Shown: positions 19,621-27,611 of the stretch, piece by piece | Layout: every line of letters begins with the position of its first letter | How positions within the stretch are numbered: the stretch's first letter is position 1 | Assembly (NCBI GenBank): GCA_021823825.1 | Contig: JAKANJ010000001.1 | Span: 1 to 47,070 of the forward strand | DNA length: 47,070 nt | DNA from: a bacterium | GTDB taxonomy: Bacteria > Patescibacteriota > Minisyncoccia > Phycocordibacterales > UBA1550 | Direction: 5' to 3' | Position numbers and translations under genes: made by a program | Notes under the pieces: model-generated | What the model was told of the DNA's origin: nothing | Databases searched by the model: none | The model's input: the letters and a program-made list of their open reading frames with translations, nothing else

Positions 19621-20409
19621 CTATTCAATCGGCTCACGGTAAGGGTCCTTCCTTGGCACGACAGGTATTGCAACCTCCTGTGCTGTACTCGTTGCTGGGG
19701 ATGGTGTTGCTGGTGCTTGTGGTGTAGAAGGCTGAACGGGGTTGATTGTAGGAGGGACAAACGAGGTTTCTGGGGCGACCGCCGTACTTGAGGCGACTGG
19801 CTCAAGTACGAGACTGTCTGGATCCGCTTGCCCCGAGGTGAATACCTGCTTCATTTTTTCCTCAAAAGGATGTGGCTCTATTTTGGGCTGTTGTGGTTCG
19901 GGTGTGTATACCCTGTTCCCAACCTTTTCTTCTATTGGAGGAATAAGGGGTTCTACCTCGGGCGCTATGGGCAAATTTTCTGGAGCGACGACGTTTTTAA
20001 ACATTGCTGGCGCTTCAGGCTCTACGGGAACGTTCTTTTCTGTGGTTTCTGGTGTAGGAGCAGGCTGTTCTTCGCTGCTATTTGTCTCATTTTCAAAAAA
20101 TGAGACAAGATCGGCACGTATTGAGTTAAAAATTTTCTGCTCTGTTGCATTAACAACTGCTTCAAGCACAGCTCCTTTTAACCCAAGTTCCTCTTGTAAG
20201 GCGGAGCCGAATTCATCAACCGGGACCAAACCAGCAAGAACAAGGGCAACTTCTCTTTTAAAGTTTGAAACCTGTTCTTCGTCTAAATTGTACATTGAAG
20301 CAATTGCGTCAAGGTCTTCATTCCAGTTTGGTGTAGCAAGAAACGCAACAACACTTTTAGGAAGTTTAAGAAGTTGCTCTTGAAGAATTGTTAATGTTTC
20401 GTTATCCAT
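19621..20409 (-). CDS. Conserved hypothetical protein with P/T/E-rich linker and C-terminal DPYREPIE motif
   Basis: Helical N-terminal domain, low-complexity middle, terminal DPYREPIE; in cluster orientation. Confidence 0.7.
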   Translation of the reverse strand: MDNETLTILQEQLLKLPKSVVAFLATPNWNEDLDAIASMYNLDEEQVSNFKREVALVLAGLVPVDEFGSALQEELGLKGAVLEAVVNATEQKIFNSIRADLVSFFENETNSSEEQPAPTPETTEKNVPVEPEAPAMFKNVVAPENLPIAPEVEPLIPPIEEKVGNRVYTPEPQQPKIEPHPFEEKMKQVFTSGQADPDSLVLEPVASSTAVAPETSFVPPTINPVQPSTPQAPATPSPATSTAQEVAIPVVPRKDPYREPIE

Positions 20410-20427
20410 GAGGTATTTTTGTGTAAT

Positions 20428-23196
20428 TTATGGTGTCGCTTGTTTCTTTGCCGCCTCAGCCGCTTTCTTTGCCACTTCAGCCTCATCAGCCTCCCTTTTT
20501 GCAGCTATTTTTTGTATCGCTTTAGTCATACTCTCTTCTTCTTTTTCTTCTTTTGCTTTTTTTGCTTTAGCGCTCGCGTTTCTGATCTTGTTTGCTCTAT
20601 TTAATGCAGTTGTTCTTCCTGATGCTGTCCAATTATCACCAGAATCTTTGTGGCGTGCGTAGACCTCACGACGAGCCGCATTTTCTTCAATCAACTCATT
20701 CTTTGCTTTTTTAAGATCAGCGTCTTTTATCTTCTTTATTTCAGCTGTCTCTGCGCGCCGCTTTGCTGCCGCCGCAAGGTCTATTCCCTCAGCAGAAGCT
20801 GAGTGAGTTGAGATTGCAGAGTCCACATTATTTTTTGCCGTTGTGCGTGCCATTGTAGCATCGGATGCAGTTTTTTTCGCTACAGCCTCTGCCCTTTCCG
20901 CATCAGCCTGACCGATCTTTTTTCCTGGGTAGTTAGGATCTTCAAGCGCGTTTGGGTTTGAGGTTATTTTCTTCAGATTTTCAGAAGCTATTGCCAAAGC
21001 TGCGGCTGCGGCTGTTTCCTTTTCAACAAGCTCCTTTTCGGCTTTCTGAGCCGCGACAACGGCTTTACCTGTCTCACTCCCTGCCGCCTTCTCCTCGGCC
21101 TTCTTTAGGTTTTGCTCAGCGTCATAATCTGCACGGTTTGCTAGGTTTGCTTCGTGCTCTTTTTGTTCAATTGCTTTCTGTGGACGCTCCATGAGTTTTG
21201 CCATGTGCTCATTCTTCTTTTCCCTGTCCTCATTCCACTTCTTCCCTTGAGAGGTGTATGTCATCTCACTACCCTTACCTAGGCCCAATGTTTTACCAAC
21301 AGCTCCGCCCCCGATATTGCGCACATCAAAGGTTGCATTCTGTGCCTTGTCTGCGGCAAGAAGCCCAAGCTTGCTAACACCGCGGGTTATTTTGTTTGAG
21401 CTCAACGCTCCCTCCTGGAGCTTCCCACTTGCGGCAAGCATTGATCCAGCTTGACCAGCGGCAAGTGATGCTCCGCCAGACGCGACAGCCACGCCTGCAC
21501 CGATTGCTTTTGAAGCATACTCTGATGCCATTTTGCCAAAGTCGCCACTCATTTTTTCAGCAACCTTCAGCGCTTTCTGCAGCGCAAGGAATATTATTAT
21601 TGCAATAGTGATTGGGACAACAAGCTTATCAAAAATGAAAGTTGAGGTACTTGATGCATCTCCCACAACACCGCTCAAAATACCGCCACCCGCAGAAACA
21701 CCTTGCATAACGAGGTAAATCAAAAAGAGGAAGACCGGCGCAACAAAGGCTTGATCTAGGAGTGTGTTTGACCACCAATTAAAAATACTCCCTTTCGGTA
21801 AGGCAATAGATATAAAAGCAAAGGGTGAAAGAATCATCAAGAACCAAAAAGCAACAAGACGACCAAGGAAAAGCAATGTTCCTTTAAAAAAGATGTATGC
21901 CACCGTGAGGCTTACAAAAGCGGCAACTAAGAAAATAATAAGTGCATCAAGTGGGCTCGTGAGGGCTTTTGCACCTGCTTCACCGAGGAATTTTTGCGGC
22001 TGGAATTGGGCTGCAATTCCACTCGCTATTCCGCGTTGTTGTACATCGCTTGTACTTGTTTTAATTCCTGATGTGTTGGTTGTGCCCATGCTGTTGTACA
22101 CCCCAACCGCAAGAACATTCCCGGCATCTATGACCACCTTTGTAAAAAATAGACTGAAGTTTATCAAAAGAGCAATGACAATGACGTTTATCACTGTCTT
22201 TTTCCAGTTGCCTAACCCCAGCATTGTCTGTATCCCCGTATAAAGGAGAATAAAGATAAAAATCATGTTGGAGAAATTCCTGAGAAGAACCCAGAGCGTT
22301 GATACGAACGGTTTATTTACAAATGCACTACTAATGCTCAAGGACAATGCCATGTCAAAGAAGTAAACAGCGCCCATGAGCAACCAGGAGGATGGAACAT
22401 AAAAAGCATAGTACGCACCGATGGTGAGACAAGCGGGGACATCAAAACCATCAGTTATTCCTTTCCAGCATTGGAGTTTTCCAAGGTTTGGATTTTGGCC
22501 CGCGGGAGGTGCTGCTGTGGTTACGCTTACATTTCCTGTTCCTGTTTCACCTGTCGGGCTTGTGCATGTCAGGCTGTATGTTCCCGCTTGTGGCGGTTTG
22601 ATCGTCCATGTACCACTATATTCTTTGGGGCCTGCCCAATTCCCCGGACCCGAAGCAAGACAACCATTAGGTGCCTTTGTATTTGAGGCTGTCCATGAAA
22701 TATTGATTTGCTGAGTAGAATTGTCGGCAGCGAGTTGTTGTGGTGTTGCGGTGAGAGAAACAACGGGCTGTGTCGCCGAAGTTGGCATATTGACGTTTAC
22801 GTACAAATAAGTGCTTGGGCTAATACTGAAGGTGTCGGGGTTAATGCACTTAATACCGAAAACGACAGGGTTTGCCCAAGTAGAGTCAATGGTAACCGGC
22901 ACTGTCTGTTCACCCGAAGGAGGACGAGAGAGGGGTGTATTTGGATCAATGTTGCCTCCTGATATTAAACACTGTGATGGAGCATTAGATGCCCAGCGGA
23001 GGGTAACGCTATCACCATTATTAATCGTCGTTGTGTCAGTGTTGTCGTTCGGTGTTGATGAGGTTGCGGGCGCAACTGTTGCAGATGTGATCACAACTTT
23101 ATCAGCTGCGTGGGCAAAGGGTGCCATTACAAAGTTAACTCCAAAGAACGTAATTCCCGCTAGTGCAATTAGTGTTGTTTTAAGAATTTTGTTCAT
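20428..23196 (-). CDS. VirB6/TrbL-like polytopic membrane protein with N-terminal Ig-like domains and C-terminal charged coiled coil
   Basis: Preferred start MNKILKTTLIAL at 23196 gives a clean signal peptide (AHA); W..LRNFSNMIFI, ALLINFSLFFTKVVID..N, R...W.L.I.SP.AF, WW..L...F.AP; A/K/E-rich tail. Confidence 0.78.
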   Translation of the reverse strand: MNKILKTTLIALAGITFFGVNFVMAPFAHAADKVVITSATVAPATSSTPNDNTDTTTINNGDSVTLRWASNAPSQCLISGGNIDPNTPLSRPPSGEQTVPVTIDSTWANPVVFGIKCINPDTFSISPSTYLYVNVNMPTSATQPVVSLTATPQQLAADNSTQQINISWTASNTKAPNGCLASGPGNWAGPKEYSGTWTIKPPQAGTYSLTCTSPTGETGTGNVSVTTAAPPAGQNPNLGKLQCWKGITDGFDVPACLTIGAYYAFYVPSSWLLMGAVYFFDMALSLSISSAFVNKPFVSTLWVLLRNFSNMIFIFILLYTGIQTMLGLGNWKKTVINVIVIALLINFSLFFTKVVIDAGNVLAVGVYNSMGTTNTSGIKTSTSDVQQRGIASGIAAQFQPQKFLGEAGAKALTSPLDALIIFLVAAFVSLTVAYIFFKGTLLFLGRLVAFWFLMILSPFAFISIALPKGSIFNWWSNTLLDQAFVAPVFLFLIYLVMQGVSAGGGILSGVVGDASSTSTFIFDKLVVPITIAIIIFLALQKALKVAEKMSGDFGKMASEYASKAIGAGVAVASGGASLAAGQAGSMLAASGKLQEGALSSNKITRGVSKLGLLAADKAQNATFDVRNIGGGAVGKTLGLGKGSEMTYTSQGKKWNEDREKKNEHMAKLMERPQKAIEQKEHEANLANRADYDAEQNLKKAEEKAAGSETGKAVVAAQKAEKELVEKETAAAAALAIASENLKKITSNPNALEDPNYPGKKIGQADAERAEAVAKKTASDATMARTTAKNNVDSAISTHSASAEGIDLAAAAKRRAETAEIKKIKDADLKKAKNELIEENAARREVYARHKDSGDNWTASGRTTALNRANKIRNASAKAKKAKEEKEEESMTKAIQKIAAKREADEAEVAKKAAEAAKKQATP

Positions 23197-23297
23197 CCCG
23201 TTAGAAATAGGCCGCGATTGAAGAGCGACATTGTGTTCTATTTCTTTTGTGTTGCTTCGACTTTTCATTTTTGTGTTCATCGCGATTTCTAACGGGA
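23196..23297. mobile_element. 102-bp MITE-like element with 13-bp terminal inverted repeats and TTCA direct repeats
   Basis: TCCCGTTAGAAAT (23196-23208) / ATTTCTAACGGGA (23285-23297), inner CGCGAT/ATCGCG; TTCA at 23192-23195 and 23298-23301. Confidence 0.68.
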
Positions 23298-23325
23298 TTC
23301 ATTCGGATAAATTAAAACACGGTAG

Positions 23326-24432
23326 CTACTTAAAGACCCCCCGCACGGTTTGCTGTACGAGCTGGGTCAAAAGTGCAGTGATAACCTTGTTCATATCATC
23401 AGCAAAACCTAAACGATCCATATCAACACCAAGTGTTTTTGTAAGTTGGTTGGAGATGACATTTCCTGGGGTTGTAATGGGGCAGTATTTCTTTTCAAGT
23501 GCCGAAATAACTTCAGGGGTATATTTTTTAGGATCTGGACGACCTGTTGCATCAAGAGCAATTGCGTTGGGATCTTTTGGTTTATCTTTTATGTTTACAT
23601 AGCTACATTTTTTAGGGTCATTATCAACAAGGTCAATAAAGCCATGCGACCATGCGAGTTGCTGTGCCTGAAGAGCTGCTTGTTGTTGCTCTCGTTGATT
23701 CAATTCGTCGCCTGTAAGCACCGCGACACCAAATGGGTTCCCCGCGTCATTCAAGGCGTTTGCGAAAGAATCCCACCCACCATTTGTGAAGTCATTATAA
23801 AAGGCGCCCGCATCACCTGTGCCAAACGGACACTTGACTTGGGATGCAAACATTTGGCTGTTGTCCGAGGATAAATCAACAGCATTGCTCAACGTGACGG
23901 TAAAATTGGGAACAAAGTTACATGCCCCAATGCTTTTAATTTGTTGAGCGAGCTCGGTTGCGACTGAGTTAGCTATATCAGCAAAAACCTTTTTAGGACT
24001 GATTGCAAATGATGGGCTACCATGGAATCCTCCTTGAATCCACTTAATAGTGCTATTTGTCATTTCTGTCAGCGTGCACTGCGCAAGAACATATGCAATA
24101 TTATTTAAAACAGATTTTGTTGGATCTACTGCAGTGATAATACCTAAATTCGAGCCGGCAACAGTTGCCGCCGGGATATTAGTAACTGGAACGTTGCCTA
24201 CAGCAGCTGCTGTCGCTGCAGCAGCTGCTGTCGCAGCCGCAGCTGCCGCAACTTGTGCATCTGTGGATGTGAGTTTTAATGTGTCGACAAGCCCTGCCGC
24301 AGTCCCTGTTGTAATACAAACTGCGAATGATGCATTGTCAGCGTGTGCGCGAGGTGTACCAGTGAGTGCTATGTAAACAGCAAAAGCGGATATCACAACA
24401 GTCTTTTGGAGTGTTTTGAAATTATAATTCAT
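23326..24432 (-). CDS. Secreted hypothetical protein of the T4SS-like cluster
   Basis: Signal peptide (AHA), Ala-rich stretch, WIQGGF.G.P.F, F..DFTNGGW, NPFG, ITTPG..I..QL. Confidence 0.72.
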   Translation of the reverse strand: MNYNFKTLQKTVVISAFAVYIALTGTPRAHADNASFAVCITTGTAAGLVDTLKLTSTDAQVAAAAAATAAAAATAAAVGNVPVTNIPAATVAGSNLGIITAVDPTKSVLNNIAYVLAQCTLTEMTNSTIKWIQGGFHGSPSFAISPKKVFADIANSVATELAQQIKSIGACNFVPNFTVTLSNAVDLSSDNSQMFASQVKCPFGTGDAGAFYNDFTNGGWDSFANALNDAGNPFGVAVLTGDELNQREQQQAALQAQQLAWSHGFIDLVDNDPKKCSYVNIKDKPKDPNAIALDATGRPDPKKYTPEVISALEKKYCPITTPGNVISNQLTKTLGVDMDRLGFADDMNKVITALLTQLVQQTVRGVFK

Positions 24433-24441
24433 ACTTTGTAA

Positions 24442-25260
24442 TTAATTTGGCAGCACATAATTTTTATATTCATTTTGAGCAACAAGGGTATCTTGTGCTG
24501 CCTCCTGGTACTGTTTAAAGCCCGTAAGACCTTTAACGGGGTCATCAAATATCCCCTCCATTATTTTTAAACCATTTTGCATGTCTGAATAATCCTGAAC
24601 AACCCGCAAGTGAATTGACGCGAGAGAGGATGGGGTACTAACGGCAAGGATTCCTTTAATTAATGTTTCGTAGTGAGCAATGTTTTGCTCAAGTTTGGAA
24701 ATTCTCAATGCGCTGTTGGTGCCAGGGTCTTCTAATGCGACCTGGAGATCCCCATTTGTCTGTGAGGAAACAAAATTACTAATGAGTCTCGTCATTGCTA
24801 CGGTGTAGTTAATGACCGCGGTGCGACTGTTGTCTTCGGTGATATTGAGGTCACTGACTTGATACTGTTTCCCATACGAGACGGGAATACTATTTGCTAG
24901 TACTTGCGCTTGAGATAACGCATCTGCGTCGCTCAATGTGGTTGTTCCTGTATTTTGTACAAATGCAGCGTAGTTGTTGATGAGCTGTCTCGCGAGGAGG
25001 TCTGTTGTCGTTGTTCCAAGTGGTGCGTCGGGCAGTGTTGATGAATCATTTGCAACCGTTGAAATTGGAGCTGTTTGTAATGTGTCGTTGTTTTGAGTAC
25101 TACTAACAACTTGTAGGGTGTTTGCGTTACTTGCCACAGAGTTTGCAGATTCGTGTGGTGTTGCATTAAATAAATTTTTATTTAATGCAAGATAAATGAT
25201 GCCTATGCTGAGGAGGACAGCGAGGAAGATAGAAAAGATTTTTTTTGATTGCTGGTTCAT
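24442..25260 (-). CDS. Membrane-anchored hypothetical protein
   Basis: N-terminal TM, S/T/N-rich linker, helical C-terminus; AAGGAGGT Shine-Dalgarno-like sequence directly before ATG. Confidence 0.7.
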   Translation of the reverse strand: MNQQSKKIFSIFLAVLLSIGIIYLALNKNLFNATPHESANSVASNANTLQVVSSTQNNDTLQTAPISTVANDSSTLPDAPLGTTTTDLLARQLINNYAAFVQNTGTTTLSDADALSQAQVLANSIPVSYGKQYQVSDLNITEDNSRTAVINYTVAMTRLISNFVSSQTNGDLQVALEDPGTNSALRISKLEQNIAHYETLIKGILAVSTPSSLASIHLRVVQDYSDMQNGLKIMEGIFDDPVKGLTGFKQYQEAAQDTLVAQNEYKNYVLPN

Positions 25261-25370
25261 ACCTCCTTGCTAATAAGTATACCAGATACTTATATGAATA
25301 TACAGTAAAATTTGATGTTTTTTGTGGACAACCATAAACAAACTCGTTACCTTCGTGGTATACTTTTAAA

Positions 25371-26375
25371 ATGAAATTCCGATTAACTTTTGCTGGGGCA
25401 GTGGCAGCTCTTCCCTTTTTTGTTTTCGCTCAAAATTATACCTTTTCCCGCAATTTACAGGTAGGAGTGTCTGGCGATGATGTCCTCGCTTTACAAAAAG
25501 CACTCAATCTTGATTCAGCGACGAAGGTTGCCGATACCGGGCCAGGTTCTCCCGGGAACGAGACTCGATATTTCGGCCCAGCGACTGCGCAGGCGGTAGT
25601 AAGGTTCCAAGAAAAATACAGCGCTGATGTCTTGCAACCCGTTGGGCTCACCGTGGGGACGGGCTATTTTGGCGAAAAAACGCGCGAGAAAATTAATAGT
25701 TTATTAGCAAATTCATCAACAAAAAATACGGCACCAGGCGACACGATATCGACCGCGGGGACCGCACCTGCGCCAGCGGCACCTCAGGGGCTAGAAGGTG
25801 TCGTTATTAAGACCCCCTCGCAATATTCAGGAAAGCCCGGCACATCAATAACCATAGGGGGCTGGGGATTTACGCCCACCAATAATACTATTTATTTTGG
25901 ATCATCCTATAAGGTTGAGAATGTTGCATCAAGTGATGGTTACACGCTCACGTTTAGTGTACCGAGTATCCCCGCGGGGGCTTACGTAATCTCTCTGAAG
26001 AATAGTAATGGCGAGAGCCAAACAAAAACCTTTTTTTCAGTTACGAGTGCAACAGCAACCACGCCCGTCATTGAAAGTATCATGCCAGAAAGTGCAAAAC
26101 GGGGTGAGACGGTAACAATAAAAGGAACAGGATTCTCCGCGACGGGGAACATGTTGCGCACCAGTCTCGGAGTTTTTGAGAATATTCCGTCTGTGGATGG
26201 GACGACGATACTGTTTACTATACCCACAAATACTTTTACAACGCCACCAACAGGTTTTTCTATACCAACAAGCACTCCGCCGGTGACTGCGGCAATATTT
26301 ACAATGCCCGTATGGGTTTATGTTGCTAACGCAAATGGGCTAAGCAATGGACAAAGTTTTAATGCCAGTTTTTAA
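25371..26375 (+). CDS. Secreted protein with peptidoglycan-binding domain and two IPT/TIG domains
   Basis: RNLQVG.SG.DV..LQK.LN, YFGPAT..AV.RFQ, TGYFG.KTR; G...TI.G.GF occurs twice. Confidence 0.8.
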   Translation: MKFRLTFAGAVAALPFFVFAQNYTFSRNLQVGVSGDDVLALQKALNLDSATKVADTGPGSPGNETRYFGPATAQAVVRFQEKYSADVLQPVGLTVGTGYFGEKTREKINSLLANSSTKNTAPGDTISTAGTAPAPAAPQGLEGVVIKTPSQYSGKPGTSITIGGWGFTPTNNTIYFGSSYKVENVASSDGYTLTFSVPSIPAGAYVISLKNSNGESQTKTFFSVTSATATTPVIESIMPESAKRGETVTIKGTGFSATGNMLRTSLGVFENIPSVDGTTILFTIPTNTFTTPPTGFSIPTSTPPVTAAIFTMPVWVYVANANGLSNGQSFNASF

Positions 26376-26429
26376 TTTTGTGTTTAGTTGCGATGGTGCC
26401 ACCCTTGTGAAATAATAGTATCTATACTT

Positions 26430-26819
26430 ATGAAGTTCCTCTCCTTTTTTAAAAAACACACACTACTTTTTAGTATCATTTTCTTTTTTGTATTAATTAC
26501 GACAGCATATGTCATAAAAATCAAAAAGAGTGAGGCAGCACTCGGGCTTCCATTTGGCGGACTCGTTCTTTGGGAATATCCGTGCACCTGTAGTCCTGGC
26601 ACCATAATGGTCTATTTGAGTCTTCCTCGCCCAGGACTTTACGCGGTCAACCCAACAGCGTTGGGGCCACTTCTTTTTTTGGACAAAGTCATTGCTCCTG
26701 GATCGTGGCTTTTAGGGAGCTATACACCAGGAGTACAATCTTGCATTATGTACTACGGGCTTACCTGTGCACCCTTCCCCGTGCTCGGTACAATTACTTC
26801 AACGGGGACTTCGTTGTAA
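26430..26819 (+). CDS. Small exported Cys-containing hypothetical protein
   Basis: ATG 26430, TM/signal segment, PFGG...PCTCS, WLLGSY, C...C, terminal GTS; overlaps the rsmA 3' end by 26 bp. Confidence 0.65.
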   Translation: MKFLSFFKKHTLLFSIIFFFVLITTAYVIKIKKSEAALGLPFGGLVLWEYPCTCSPGTIMVYLSLPRPGLYAVNPTALGPLLFLDKVIAPGSWLLGSYTPGVQSCIMYYGLTCAPFPVLGTITSTGTSL

Positions 26820-27588
26820 TAGCAAGCCATTGATCCAAAGAAACATCTTCGGCCCGGGCATTTTCCTTTATCCCCACATCACGCAATATTTGTTGGGCCT
26901 CGCTGCCTAAAACTTCTTTTAGGTTGCCAGCAAGGACTTTACGTTTGTGTGCAAAGCCGTTTTTTACTATTTCAAAAAATGCGCCTTCTTCCTCTCTGTT
27001 TTTAAACTTTTTGTTTGAAATATTGTCTATTAAAAGAATAGCGGAATCAACGCGTGGTGCTGGGGTGAAGTAACGCGCAGGGACTTTTTTAATAAAATGG
27101 GGTGTGCCATATGCTTTTACGGAAATGGAGAGGATACTTTCTTTATTGTCTCGCGCGACAATTCGTGTTGCCACCTCTTTTTGAACCATGAGAACCATTG
27201 TTTCAGGCTTGGAACTTGATTCAAGAAATATTCGCAATAGGTATCCGGTGAGATAGTATGGAATATTTGCCACAAGTTTATAATGCTTCGGAAGATCAAG
27301 TTTCTTCTCCTCAAGAAGATTTACGATATCGCCATGAATCAGTGTAAGCTTTTGCTTTTTGATAGCGTCTCCAAATGTATTTTCTAGGAGCGGAATCATT
27401 CGGTCGTCCTTCTCCACTGCAATAACGTGCGCGCCAGACTCAAGCAGTTCTGTGGTGAGAAACCCTTTTCCGGGGCCAATTTCAAGAACGGTATCTGTTG
27501 GGGCGAGTAGAGCGGTGCGAACAATATCCCGTGCAACACCTTTGGCGTTTAGGAAGTTCTGCCCAAGAGATTTCTTTGCATGTACCAT
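26794..27588 (-). CDS. rsmA: 16S rRNA dimethyltransferase RsmA/KsgA
   Basis: KKSLGQNFL, LEIGPGKG, VANIPYY, MVQKEVA, F.PAPRVDS, RAE. Confidence 0.96.
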   Translation of the reverse strand: MVHAKKSLGQNFLNAKGVARDIVRTALLAPTDTVLEIGPGKGFLTTELLESGAHVIAVEKDDRMIPLLENTFGDAIKKQKLTLIHGDIVNLLEEKKLDLPKHYKLVANIPYYLTGYLLRIFLESSSKPETMVLMVQKEVATRIVARDNKESILSISVKAYGTPHFIKKVPARYFTPAPRVDSAILLIDNISNKKFKNREEEGAFFEIVKNGFAHKRKVLAGNLKEVLGSEAQQILRDVGIKENARAEDVSLDQWLAITTKSPLK

Positions 27589-27611
27589 AGGTGGTTTATT
27601 ATAACAAAAAG

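Noticed and set aside
19742..20383. 213-aa plus-strand ORF and similar antisense ORFs across the T4SS-like cluster and the 30-36 kb genes
   Set aside because: Antisense shadows of low-complexity real genes.
24201..24250. GCA/GCT-rich tandem repeat
   Set aside because: It encodes the poly-Ala stretch of the 368-aa protein and is not an independent element.
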